The notes: generated from the sequence alone by a model not told the origin. A DNA stretch of 63,646 nucleotides, filler included, from Octopus bimaculoides (GCF_001194135.2; 4 parts of 4 records of this genome joined end to end with filler, not necessarily neighbours in it), one strand, 5' to 3'. Counted from the first letter of the whole stretch, positions 11,931-23,295 are shown. Numbers and translations: made by a program.

Positions 11931-12719
11931 ATGTTCACATCTTCATGAATAATTCTGTATGCAGTTGCCATACCAGCTCCAAACTGTACGCTTATTTTCT
12001 TTATAGACACACGACAGTCTTCATCTAAAAAACTACAAATTTTCTATTTAGCTCTGATGTTCTGATGTCTCTCTCTGTCCCAAACCTCTCATCAATAGTC
12101 ATCTCCTCTTTACTGTCTGGAAAGTCTTGTGCCTGCAAAAACCAGTTGCTCAGCTCAGACAAGTACCACAGTGCTGGCTGGTTTCACACCTCCTTTATTC
12201 AGGCATTACTAATCAACTTGTCTCTCTCTCAATCTTGTTACCCTTTTTGTTATTTAGCCATTCTCAACTTCACATAAATCACCCTACCCATTCCTTTCTC
12301 CTCAGAGTCTTGATCCCACTGGAACCTTTTTCTTGCACATGTCTTCCTGATAGGTGTTGGCCTGCCCAGCATGATAACGTTTCAACAAGCTCACTGCTTT
12401 AAAAGAAATATACGTATTATGAATGAAATTGTTTTTTCTTTTACAGCTGTATTGACTAACAACACTAATTGCTCAACTGTGACATAGTCCAGTGGCTAAC
12501 TCACTCAACCATTTTATAACTCTCTCATGGTGATCATCATCATCATCACCAGTGGCAATAGCACCACCATCACCATTATTGACCATTGAACACTGACCAC
12601 TATCACCACCACCACCACCCACCACCACTACCACTCTCATGCTCCGCCACACCGCATGACCATGGCTAAAATTCCATTGCCACAGAGAGTGGCCATTGAC
12701 AATCATTGCAACAGCTACT

Positions 12720-13074
12720 TGTGGGGCTTGTTTCTCAGACAAGCTGCTGTTAAACCAATTTTGGGGGGGGGGGGAATGGTAGTGTGAGGTCCAAAAACAC
12801 CTGAAGTCTTAATGGTGACTGGTACAAACTGAGAGCAGTTGGTTAGACCCCTGTATCTATTTACTTTTCTCTCCTCTGCATTATAGGAGGCAATACCTGA
12901 GCTTGCAACCAATGCAGTGAGGCTGGAGAACGTGTCTCTGCATGTTGCATCCCAGATTAGGGATCAGCTTCCCTCATATGGAAAGAGAGTTATTCCACTG
13001 GAGTACTTACCATCCCCATAGGCAAGACCAACTGGCTTCAATTGAGATAGGAAGCCAGCTGTATCAAGGCCCCT
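12720..13074 (-). mobile_element. CRE/NeSL-type non-LTR retrotransposon remnant, restriction-like endonuclease region
   Basis: One minus frame: RGLDTAGFLSQLKPVGLAYGDGKYSSGITLFPYEGS*SLIWDATCRDTFSS...AEERKVNRYRGL...FVPVTIKTSGVFG; matches the recalled DGKRPDG.T..PW..G..L.WD.TC.DT...AE..K..KY..L...F.P.A.ET.G.WG signature; one internal stop. Confidence 0.8.
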
Positions 13075-13608
13075 TCCGAACTGGGCTACTGATGCTATAT
13101 TTCAAGGATCACACTATTACAACCAGTTTTACCATATAACTCTTCAGTCGATTCTTCATTAGATCGGAAGATGCAGTAGATTTTCCTTAGATAGGTATCC
13201 ATTACAGAAAAAGCTTTAGTCTTATTCATGTCCCCTTTTACCGATTGCCCACATTCGGAAATGTACATAAAGAAGTATTTTATGCTTTGTCTGTCTGTCT
13301 CTGTCTCCCACTCTTTCTCTCTCTTTCTCTTTTTCATATGCCATGCTAACAAGTGTCAATACTTTTTTGTGCCACAGTCTGAAAGTTCATGATTTTTCTC
13401 AGAAAAGATACATCAGTGGTTTCCAATTGTATTCCGATGGTTTATTTACTGTTACTTTACTGTCTCCTGTTCTTCTGAGTTTACACATGAGGCACGGCCT
13501 ATTTCATCCTAAGGCTGGGAGATTGGTACACACATCATCAGAGTATGTCCACATACCAGTAGACCTGTACAGTTCCAGACACTCCTCTAAGTCTCATATT
13601 CTTTAACC

Positions 13609-13700
13609 TAATGGGCTCCACCATTTCTTTGCACCATGAACCAGCTTCATGCAACCGGTTTCTCCACAGACTGAAGGATCATTCATATAACAAAACACAA
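13609..13700 (+). mobile_element. Second copy of hAT-Charlie-like end
   Basis: Shares TTTCTCCACAGACT and AACAAAACACAATA.AGTGCAT with 4569-4654. Confidence 0.4.
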
Positions 13701-13745
13701 TAAAGTGCATAATGTATAATGTAATTATTACACATATAGTGAAGA

Positions 13746-14045
13746 TGTGTAGCTTTGTGGTTAGGGTATTCAGCTCACAATTGTAAGGTCATGAGTTCAA
13801 TTCCCAGTGATGTATTGTGTCCTTGAGCAAGATAATTTATTTCACGTTGCTCCATTCCACTTAGCTGGCAAAAATGAGTAGTACCTATATTTCAAAGGGC
13901 TTACCTTGTCACACTCTGAGTTATGTGGAATCTCCCAGAAAACTACTTTAAGAGTGCTCCACATGTACGTTAATTTCACAAGCAGGCTGTTCTATTGACT
14001 GAATCAACTGGAACCCTCACCATCGTAGCCAAGAGAGTGCCAGTT
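13746..14045 (+). mobile_element. Family C SINE, body type 1
   Basis: GTGGTTAGGG, GAGTTCAATTCCC, GTGTCCTTGAGCAAG, GCTGGCAAAAATGAGTA; 3' ATCAACTGGAACCCTC shared with 17109-17406. Confidence 0.75.
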
Positions 14046-14180
14046 TGTCATTACATATATAATTGCACATATATATTACGTATATGACACATATAAAATG
14101 CAAGTGTAATTATTACATTTTATATTATACTCTTTATTTCTACTATGATTACATTGTAATGTATGCAACACAAACAGGGA

Positions 14181-14390
14181 AGCAAGATGGCAGAATGGTT
14201 AGCATGCTGTGCAAAATGTTTACTGACGTTTCATTTGTCTTTACATTCTGAGTTCAAATTTTGTCAAGGTCAATTTTTGGCTTTCACCCTTTTGAGGTTG
14301 ATAAGATATGTACCAGCTGAGTGTTAGAGTCAGTGTAATCAACTTGTCCTTTTCGCTCCGAAATTGCAGGCCTTTTGCAATACAACTGAA
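14181..14390 (+). mobile_element. Family A SINE, diverged
   Basis: GGCAGAATGGTTAGCATG...TTCTGAGTTCAAATT...GTACCAGCTGAG...GAAATTGCAGGCC. Confidence 0.7.
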
Positions 14391-14559
14391 AATTTTAAAC
14401 TTTATTCTTTCTGTGTTACATGGTACCAAATGGTCTATGGTCCAGGTCCAGAACTAATCTGCAGTCTTGCTGCTTGGGGACCGTTGCTTTAGCTACAGGA
14501 CCAGCTTTTGTTATATGTAGCTCAAAATTGGGACTCTTGACAGGTATTACCATTCAGAA

Positions 14560-14853
14560 TGGTGGTGCTACATAAAAAGCACCCAAGTCACTCTGTAAAG
14601 TGGTTGGCATTAGGAAGGGCACCCAACAATAAAATAACATGCCAAAACAAACCTCACCAATGCTGGTGTCAAGTAAAAAGCACTCAGTCCACTTCTGAAG
14701 GTGGTTGGCATTAGGAAGGGCATCAAGTTGTAAAAACCATGCTAAAACTAATGAAATCTGAAACAGTCTTCTACTTTGCCTGCTCCTGTCAAACTGTCCA
14801 ACACATGCCAACATGGAAAACAGACGCTAAAGGATGATGATGATGATGATGAT
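14560..14853 (+). mobile_element. Family R 3' end with duplicated RTE-like motif
   Basis: GTGGTTGGCATTAGGAAGGGCA occurs twice (about 14600 and 14700); ends CATGGAAAACAGACGCTAAAG(GAT)n. Confidence 0.75.
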
Positions 14854-16483
14854 GAATAGAGTGGACTGGAGAGTAGGGGGTGACTAGTGGTAATTCAACA
14901 CTTCTCAATACTCCTGAATTTTTAAACTGGAGCCTACCCAACAGATGCAGTTTTAATGTTGTGTCCAGGACAGACATTGCCGTTCTAGAATCCAATATCA
15001 GTCATAAGACTGTGTTGTTTTGAAGATGTATTATTATCTACAAAGCTGGTTGGTATTAGTGAGTATGGTCAATTTATCTTCTACAATCACAAATGATTGA
15101 CCAAATCTTTGTAACTGCTTTAATTATTAGAGCTGCTTGCTTAGCAATTAATAAGATTCCTTTGTTTTTGACAGACTGCTGAGTCGGTTTACATTACTTG
15201 ATAGGATTGTCATACAGAAATACAAAGTAATATTTACAGACACTCTCCTTATCAGGATTAAGGATGGAATCAAATGAGAAAATATTTAATATTAAATTAA
15301 TTGAAATCGTATAAATATCAAGAGATAGAATAGGATATTTGTGAAAACGAAAGTGAAGAGGAGTAATTAAGATTTTCAAACTAATTGAACAGTAAAGACA
15401 ATCAATGTTAGAATTTCTGTCTCATTATTGGATTCAGGAATTCTGTTAAACGGCTTTAATGAAACTACTAATATAGCCATTTCAGTATGCATGCATGTGT
15501 GCGTGCATGTGTGCGTGCATGTGTGTGTGCGTGTGCGTGCATGTGTGTGTGTGTGTGTGTGTGTGTGTCTTTGGTCATTAGAATGTACGAGATTGTAGAA
15601 TATAAAATAAAATTTTAAAAAACAAAAAAATAAAAATACAGGAAGCAAAATAGTCATTCTCTGCTTGCTTGTAATCTTCATTCCCCAGTTTTTATTCTTT
15701 GAATGAAATATATGAAGACTGTGATTCTTCATTGGTATGGAGTGGTGTGGAGTGTTATATGAAGAGGGACGATGTTGTGTGGAACAGTACGGGAGCAGTA
15801 TGGGAGTTGTGTGGGTATGGGGTGGTGTGATGTGGAGCAGTGTAAATTGGAGTGGAGGCCTGATATGGACAGGGGCGGTTATGGTTTAGCCTGTAATGGG
15901 AGGTGGTGGGGAGAAAAATGGCGTGGATTGGTGTAGTGTGGTGTGGTGGGAGGTGGTGTGATGTGGAATCTCATGTAGATAATCTTCTTCTTCTTCATCT
16001 TTGTCTCCTCCTCTCCACTTCCTCCTCCTCCTCCTCCTCATTATTGTGATGGTCATTATTGTCATCATCATCATCATATCTCTCTATTACAATCATCATC
16101 ATCATCATCATCATCATCATTATCACCACCACCACCACCACCACCACCACCACCATCATTATCATCGGTATCATCCTTGTATTCTTTATCAACATTGTTG
16201 TACTCTATTGTTGTCATCAGCATACACACATCCACACATACCCCCCCCCCCCACTAACAGTAATTTTCTCACCATCAATGCTATTACATTCTCTCCTGAT
16301 TTATTTCATTTCACTTTTAACTTGTATTTTCTTTCCAATTCTACTTCTCTCTCTCGCTCTTTCTCTCTCTCGCTCTTTCTCTCCCTCTCACACCACATCT
16401 AAATGACGAAGTGTTCAGTAGATCACATGATGAGGAAAATAATTATAAATTGTAGATTTTCTTACCTCCCAAAAATAAAAGAT

Positions 16484-16655
16484 TTAACCCTTTAGCCGTC
16501 AGATTACTGTGTTATATGTAATGCTTCTTTCATTCACATTGTTTTGAACTAATCATGGCTTATCTCATAGCTTTTAAATTTTTGATGATGTGATTGCTTA
16601 TCTTTAGGATGACATTGTAGGGTAGGTGTAAGAGACAAGATCTGGCCAGTTTGAA
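16484..16655 (+). mobile_element. Probable piggyBac-type MITE, left portion
   Basis: Starts TTAA|CCCTTTAGCC; right end not present, replaced by a family R tail. Confidence 0.5.
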
Positions 16656-17070
16656 TCATCATCATCCTCATCATCATCCTCATCATCATCATCATCATCC
16701 TCATTTAACGTCCGCTTTCCATGCTAGCATAGGTTGGACGATTTGACTATGGATTGGAGAACCAGATGGGTACACCAGACACCAATCTGATCTGGCAGAG
16801 TTTCTACAGCTGGATGCCCTTCCTAATGCCAACCACTCCGAGAGTGTAGTGGGTGCTTTTTACGTGCCACTGGCATGAGGGCCAGTCTGGTGGTACTGGT
16901 AACGGCCACACTCAAATGGTGCTTTTTATGTGCCACCAGCATGGAAGTGAAACCGCTACTCTGGCAGTGATCTGCTCGGATGGTGCTGTTAGCACTCCAC
17001 TGGCATGGGTGCCAGTCATCGAATTTGGTTCAGTTTCGATCTCACTTGCCCCAACAGGTCTTCACAAGGG
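16656..17070 (-). mobile_element. Family R element with three internal ~65-bp modules
   Basis: (TCA)n tail, family R 3' motif, GGTGCT...CCAC(T/C)(G/A)GCATG repeated at about 16852, 16918 and 16982. Confidence 0.85.
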
Positions 17071-17108
17071 GATAAAAAAAAAAAACAGGTTGGGCCTGAT
17101 AACTGACA

Positions 17109-17406
17109 CTTTGTCGGTTGCAACAACAGGGGTTCCAGTTGATCTGATCAACAGAACAGCCTGCTTGTGAAATTAACATGCAAGTGGCTGAGTACTCCAC
17201 TCATGTGTACCCTTAATGTAGTTCTCAGGGAGATACTGTGTAATACAAAGTGCAACAGAGCCGGCCCTTTGAAAAACAGGTCCTACTCATTTTTGCCAGC
17301 TGAGTGGACTGTAGCAATGTGTAATAAAGTGTCTTGCTCAAGGACACAATGTGTCACTGGGAATTGAACTCACAACCTTATGATAGTGAGCTTAATACCT
17401 TAACTG
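17109..17406 (-). mobile_element. Family C SINE, body type 1
   Basis: Reverse complement aligns with 13746-14045. Confidence 0.75.
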
Positions 17407-17494
17407 ATATTTCCAGCAAAAAATGGCACCTTGTTGTTCATGCACTTGTCTTCATCTTTTGTTTTTCTGTATACATATATACATACATATATAT

Positions 17495-17533
<39 letters not shown>

Positions 17534-17536
<3 letters not shown>

Positions 17537-17789
17537 CATCATCATCATTATCATCATCGTTTAACGTCCGCTTTCCATGCTAGCATGGGTTGGACGATTT
17601 GACTGAGGACTGGTGAAACCGGATGGCAACACCAGGCTCCAATCTAATTTGGCAGAGTTTCTACAGCTGGATGCCCTTCCTAACGCCAACCACTCAGAGA
17701 GTGTAGTGGGTGCTTTTACGTGTCACCCGCACGAAAACGGCCACGCTCGAAATGGTGTCTTTTATGTGCCACCCGCACAAGCCAGTCCA
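17534..17789 (-). mobile_element. Family R element, young copy
   Basis: Near-identical to the reverse complement of 1-280. Confidence 0.9.
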
Positions 17790-17804
17790 CACATATATAT
17801 ATAT

Positions 17805-17958
17805 GATGAGCTTCTTTCAGTTTCTGTCTACCAAATCCACAACGCTTTGGTCAGCCCAAGGCTATTGTAGAAGACACTTGCCCAAGGTGCTCAACAGTGG
17901 GACTAAACACAGAACCATGTGGTTGAAGAGCAAGTTTCTTACCATACAGCCATGCCTG
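17805..17958 (-). mobile_element. Family B SINE head
   Basis: CTTCTTTCAGTTTCTGTCTACCAAATCC...GAAGACACTTGCCCAAGGTGC...GAACCATGTGGTTG. Confidence 0.8.
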
Positions 17959-18059
17959 GTGTTGATGATTATGATGATGATGATTCTCAACTTCATACAT
18001 TTTCTTTTTTTTGTTTTTTTTACACTTCAGACTTTGGTCCACTTTGAAGGAATGCACAG

Positions 18060-18625
18060 AATTCTCTCTCTTTTTAATTCTTTGTTTCATTTTGTTTTCC
18101 TGGTTTTTATTTCTTTCCCTCCCTCAATTTCCCCCTGTCTTTAATTTTATCTCTTTCCTTTCTTTCCACCATCCCCTCCTTTAACCTCTCTCCTTTTTTT
18201 TTTTTCAATCTCTTTCTATCTATTTTTTAATCTCTTACTCTCCCTCAATTCACCCTTTCCTTTCCCTATATCTTTTCTTAATCCTCTTATCTCCTTCTCT
18301 CCTACTCCTACCCCCTTTCCATTCCTTTACTTTAACTCAATATCTTTACTTTATCTGTTTTTACTTCCTCTTTTTATTCCTTTATCACTCTCCCTCCTAC
18401 TTTCTATTTCTCTTCTTTTTACTCTCTTCCTCTTTTTCATCTCCTTCTCACCCTTTGTTTCACTCCTGTCTGCCTTTACTGTTATCTATTTCCAACTCCT
18501 ACTTCTTCCTCTCCTTTTATTTTATCTTCCTTGACCTCGGTGTACCTCTATATCTCTCATTTTATCTCTTTCCTTCCACCATTCTACTTCTTAGACTCTT
18601 TTAATTTCATGTTTGTCTTCTTTTA
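18060..18625 (+). repeat. Degenerate polypyrimidine tract (~560 bp)
   Basis: Plus strand is overwhelmingly C/T with very few G. Confidence 0.85.
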
Positions 18626-18640
18626 CTTTTACCTTTGCTC

Positions 18641-19235
18641 TCGAAATTATAGGCTAAAATATCTAAAATATAGGCTAAAAAAATTAAACTATAAACTCAA
18701 ATATCGAAACTATTGAGTAAAATATTTAAACTATATGCTAAAATTATCTACACTATAGGCTCAATATCGAAATTATAGTCGAAGATATCTGAAATATAGA
18801 ATAAAATACCAACATTTTAGGCTCAAATATTGAAAATATAGGCTAAAATATCTAAAGTATAGGCTAAAATAACCCAACTATAAGCGCACATATCGAAACT
18901 ATATGCTAAATTATCTAAAGTATAGGTTAAAATATCTAAACAATAGGCTCCACATCGAAACTATAGGCTAAAATATATAAAATATTGGCTAAAATACCTA
19001 GGCTCAAATATCGAAACTACGCTAAAACATCTAAACTATAGGCTAGAATATCTAAAATATAGGCAAAAACAATTGAACTATAGGCTCACATATAGAAACT
19101 ATAGGCTAAAAATATCTAAACTATAGGCCAAAATAATTAATCTATAGAATCAAATATCGAAATTATAGGCTAAAATATCTAAAATATAGGCTACAATAAT
19201 TAAATTATTTAGCCTATAGATTCTATATTTGAGCT
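18641..19235. repeat. 21-bp minisatellite (TATAGGCTAAAATATCTAAAC) with three recurring variants and terminal inversion
   Basis: About 27 units; variant TATAGGCTCAAATATCGAAAC recurs roughly every third unit; orientation flips at about 19200. Confidence 0.9.
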
Positions 19236-19376
19236 AGTATATATTTATATATATGTATATATATATATACATGCACACATACACACACACATATACATAT
19301 ATATATATATATATGCATACACACACCTATATATATATTTACACATACATATATACATATATATGTATATACATAA

Positions 19377-19407
<31 letters not shown>

Positions 19408-19408
<1 letters not shown>

Positions 19409-19763
19409 TTTAAAATGCAGAGATGCCTATAATAGGACATCTACTCGCTAGAAATAACAGCAAAAGACTACATACCACAAAAATTAGGGATAATTTCGAA
19501 AGGAAATGAAAAATAAAAACTTTTACCAATCTATATTCTGCTTATAGTTGGGTTTCTTTAGCCTATACTTTAGATATTTTAGCCTATATTTTCAATATTT
19601 GAGCCTATATATTGACTTGAAACCATGGTACAGAATATAGATTGGTAAAAGTTTTTATTTTTCATTTCCTTTCGAAATTATCCCTAATTTTTGTGGTATG
19701 TAGTCTTTTGCTGCTATTTCTAGCGAGTAGATGTCCTATTATAGGCATCTCTGCATTTTAAAT
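19408..19763. repeat. 133-bp near-perfect inverted repeat with 90-bp spacer
   Basis: 19408-19540 is the reverse complement of 19631-19763 (one mismatch seen); spacer holds an inverted copy of satellite 18818-18884. Confidence 0.9.
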
Positions 19764-20329
19764 GAATAATACATAGTCTATTGACTGNNNNNNNNNNNNN
19801 NNNNNNNNNNNNNNNNNNNNNNNNNNNNNNNNNNNNNNNNNNNNNNNNNNNNNNNNNNNNNNNNNNNNNNNNNNNNNNNNNNNNNNNNNNNNNNNNNNNN
19901 NNNNNNNNNNNNNNNNNNNNNNNNNNNNNNNNNNNNNNNNNNNNNNNNNNNNNNNNNNNNNNNNNNNNNNNNNNNNNNNNNNNNNNNNNNNNNNNNNNNN
20001 NNNNNNNNNNNNNNNNNNNNNNNNNNNNNNNNNNNNNNNNNNNNNNNNNNNNNNNNNNNNNNNNNNNNNNNNNNNNNNNNNNNNNNNNNNNNNNNNNNNN
20101 NNNNNNNNNNNNNNNNNNNNNNNNNNNNNNNNNNNNNNNNNNNNNNNNNNNNNNNNNNNNNNNNNNNNNNNNNNNNNNNNNNNNNNNNNNNNNNNNNNNN
20201 NNNNNNNNNNNNNNNNNNNNNNNNNNNNNNNNNNNNNNNNNNNNNTATATATGTGTGTGTGTGTGTGTGTGTATGTATACATACATACACGCACACATAT
20301 ATATACATGTATGCATATACATATGACAG

Positions 20330-20482
20330 ACTTCTTGATAGTTTCTATCAACTGAATTTAACTCACAAGGCATTGGTCAATTTGAGGCTATGAAGAATGC
20401 ATGACTAAAAGGCCATGCTGTGCCATTGAACCTGGAACAAATGAGGTAGCAAAGCAGAGCAACTTAATGATATGGTCATGCC
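20330..20482 (-). mobile_element. Family B SINE head, degraded
   Basis: ACTCACAAGGCATTGGTC...GAGGCTAT...TTGAACCTGGAAC. Confidence 0.55.
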
Positions 20483-21347
20483 AACTCCTGGGTACATCAA
20501 GACAATCACTAGAGCAATTATTTTTAATAATGACTTTTTGATGTTGTAGAATTCCAGATTTTCCCTGATCATATGCAACGGGTAGATTTTGGCTTATGCA
20601 CTGAATGAGGCACTGACTTCCTAAAACATGTCTATATTAGCTGTGTAAGCTTATAACTTGATCACTGAAATATTCAGTTGCATAAGCAATGAATATTACA
20701 ACAGTAAGATAGACTAGACTGTAATTGGGAATGGAGATTAGGAGAGAGAGAGAGAGATGACAAGAAAATAATTGCATGAAAATATTTTCAACATATGCAA
20801 AAGAGAAAAAAATGTCTTCTCTGATAAGTATCATTAGTTCTAAATTTGTTCTAAGTACTGTAGTAATTAATGCTGTTGTTGTTGTTAGTGTGGTGGGTAA
20901 CTTGTTGTTATTAGTGTTGTGAGTAACTTGGCTGAACTGTTAGAGAGACAAATTAATTGTCCTGTGGTAACTGTGATGGATCTTTATGTTGTGAATTCAA
21001 ACCCTTTTGAGATCAACTTTCCTTTTAATCTTTCTGGGATCAATAAAAAGGAAACAAAATTCAAGTTTCCTCTCACACCAAAGATTTCTTGCCTCATGCC
21101 TATGTAAGAAATTATTATTAATATTGTTGCTCTTATGGCAAAATTTGAAACCATTATTATTATTAAAGAATAAAAGTTTAGAATGGTACAACAATGCACT
21201 ATAAAACAAAAAAATGGACTATATACCTGCTGTAATTTGGTTATCTATAGTCCGATGATATTTTGGAATTACAATTCCTTCTTCAGATCTTCTTAGCTGG
21301 AGTCTCTGCTATAAACTGTTTTCCAACGGTTTTCTTTTTTCAGAAGC

Positions 21348-21682
21348 GTACCAGTGAAACACTGGGGGTCGGTGTAATCGACTTATCCCCTCCCCAAAAA
21401 TTTCAGGCCTTGTGCCTTTAGTAGAAAGGACTATTATTATTATTGTTCTTGAGTGTAATGTGACAAGCTAGCGGAATTGTTAATCATTACCATGCTGGAC
21501 AAAAGGCTTAGCATAATTATTTTTCAGTTCTTTATGTTCTGAGTTCAAATACCACCAAGGTCGACTTTACTTTTCATCTTTCTGGGGTTGATAAAATAAG
21601 TACCAGTTAAGTACTGAGGGGGTCACTGTAATCAACTTATCCCCTTCTCCGGTATTGCTGGCCTTGAGCCAAAATTTGAAAC

Positions 21683-21720
<38 letters not shown>
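21348..21720 (+). mobile_element. Family A tail followed by a second degraded family A copy
   Basis: Tail GGCCTTGTGCCTTTAGTAGAAAGG(ATT)n, then TTCTGAGTTCAAATACC...GGTCGACTTT...GAGCCAAAATTTGAAACC(ATT)n. Confidence 0.75.
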
Positions 21721-21721
<1 letters not shown>

Positions 21722-21728
<7 letters not shown>

Positions 21729-22083
21729 TCCGCCTTAGCGAAAGCTGAGGTATTTTTTTCAGTCATGTGTTTTTGTTTGTTTGTCCATGGACAAAATATC
21801 TCAAGAACTGCTGGATGGATTTGGGTGAAACTTTCAGAAATGTGTGGCCTCGTAACTGATACAAACTGATTCGATTTGGGGATTGATCCAGTATTAGACA
21901 AAGATTCGGATTATTTTTCTGGATTTTTAATCAATTTTTGAGAATGATCAGATTCATTTTTAGTATTCTCGTTTGTGAGAACAGCTAAATTTATTTCAGA
22001 TTTTAAAAATCATCTCTGGCTAATTGTTGAGAATATATTTATGTTGCCCGAGTGGAGGTTTGGACACCCTGAGAGCTTTTGCT
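21722..22083 (+). mobile_element. Helentron-associated (HINE/DINE-1-like) non-autonomous element
   Basis: 5' TTACCTCCGCC plus short hairpin (CTTAGC GAAA GCTGAG), TTTG repeats, GGATGGATTT...TGAAACTT, subterminal GTGGAGGT inverted match near the 3' end; second copy at 49365. Confidence 0.6.
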
Positions 22084-22090
22084 ATTATTA

Positions 22091-22142
<52 letters not shown>

Positions 22143-22200
22143 TATTATTATTATTATTATCATTATTATTATTATTATTATTATGATTATTATCATTATC

Positions 22201-22560
22201 ATGCACTGGGGTTGATATAATTGACTTGATCTCTCCCCACAAATTTGAGGCCTTGTGCTTTCAGTAGAAAGGATTATCATTATTATTATTATCATTAGGT
22301 GGTGAGCTGACAGAATCGTTATCATGCTGGGTGAAATGTTTAGTGGTATTTTGTCTGTCACTATGTTCTGAGTTCAAATTCCACCGAGGTCGACTTTGCC
22401 TTTCATCCTTTCGGGGTTAATTAAATAAGTACCAGCTATGCACTGGGGTCGATGTAATTGACTTAATCTTTTCCCCAAAATTTGAGGCTTGTGCTTCTAG
22501 TAGAAAGAATTATTATTATTATTATTATTATTATAATTATTATTATTATTATTATTATTA
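22201..22560 (+). mobile_element. Family A tail plus full-length family A SINE (22298-22560)
   Basis: GGTGGTGAGCTGACAGAATCGTT...TTCTGAGTTCAAATTCCACCGAGGTCGACTTTGCCTTTCATCCTTTCGGGG...AGTAGAAAGAA(TTA)n. Confidence 0.85.
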
Positions 22561-22569
22561 TTGTTCTTG

Positions 22570-22710
22570 AGTACAATGTGACAAGCTAGCAAAACTGTTA
22601 CCATTTCTGGACAAAATACTTAGCAGCATTTCTTCCAGATCCTTATGTTCTGAGTTCAAATTGCACTGAAGTCACCTTTGCTGTTCATACTTTCAGGTTT
22701 GATAAGACGG
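22570..22710 (+). mobile_element. Family A SINE, degraded head
   Basis: ATGTTCTGAGTTCAAATT; junction sequence duplicated from 21445-21545. Confidence 0.6.
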
Positions 22711-22829
22711 TGGAATAGCCAAAGACATACTTATTGTAATCATCTCATCTTTTATCATTTTGTTAAAGACACAGCATGCTCTGACCTACATAATTCAATA
22801 TATGCTTTTTCTTTTCAAAATTATAGTGA

Positions 22830-23050
22830 GTGATTTAAAGGAGATTTGTCTGTCATTTCTAGTAAATCAAGCCACTAATTCACTACATAGCATGTTTCAT
22901 GAAAATGATAAAGTGTGAGTTGAGGGAAAATTAGCTGCTATTTCTAGAAGATTGACCAACCACATAGTGACTTTGTTTTTAGCTGGTAGGATGTAAATGG
23001 TAAGGATATTTGGTTGATAATTCTAGAAGGCTGATCTGCCACACAGGGTC
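22830..23050 (-). repeat. Family F motif in three ~85-bp tandem modules
   Basis: GAGATTTG(G)CTGCTATTTCTAG-like motif at about 22840, 22925 and 23005; reverse complement seen at 51428, 19449 and 6343. Confidence 0.5.
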
Positions 23051-23089
23051 TTTCTTTAAAATAATAATGATATAAATTTCATCTTCTAT

Positions 23090-23178
23090 CTTTTACTTGC
23101 TTCAGTCATTAGACTGTGGCCATGCTGGGGCACTGCTTTGAAGAATTTTTGAGTTGAATAAATCAACTCCTGTACCTA
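23090..23178 (-). mobile_element. Family B SINE 3' end
   Basis: TTTTACTTGCTTCAGTCATTAGACTGTGGCCATGCTGGGGCAC. Confidence 0.7.
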
Positions 23179-23195
23179 TATATATATATATATAT

Positions 23196-23295
23196 NNNNN
23201 NNNNNNNNNNNNNNNNNNNNNNNNNNNNNNNNNNNNNNNTTAATTAATTAANNNNNNNNNNNNNNNNNNNNNNNNNNNNNNNNNNNNNNNNNNNN
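23196..23295. other. Assembly spacer: 44 N + TTAATTAATTAA + 44 N (also 37970-38069 and around 49950-49961)
   Basis: Identical 12-mer with stops in all six frames centred in 100-bp gaps, three times. Confidence 0.9.

Noticed and set aside
12100-12410. Possible LINE endonuclease remnant on minus (SSELVETL...)
   Set aside because: Only a few residues resemble the motif; too decayed to support
23240-23251. TTAATTAATTAA islands inside gaps (also 38014-38025, 49950-49961)
   Set aside because: Same 12-mer centred in 44+44 N spacers; an assembly construct, not biology
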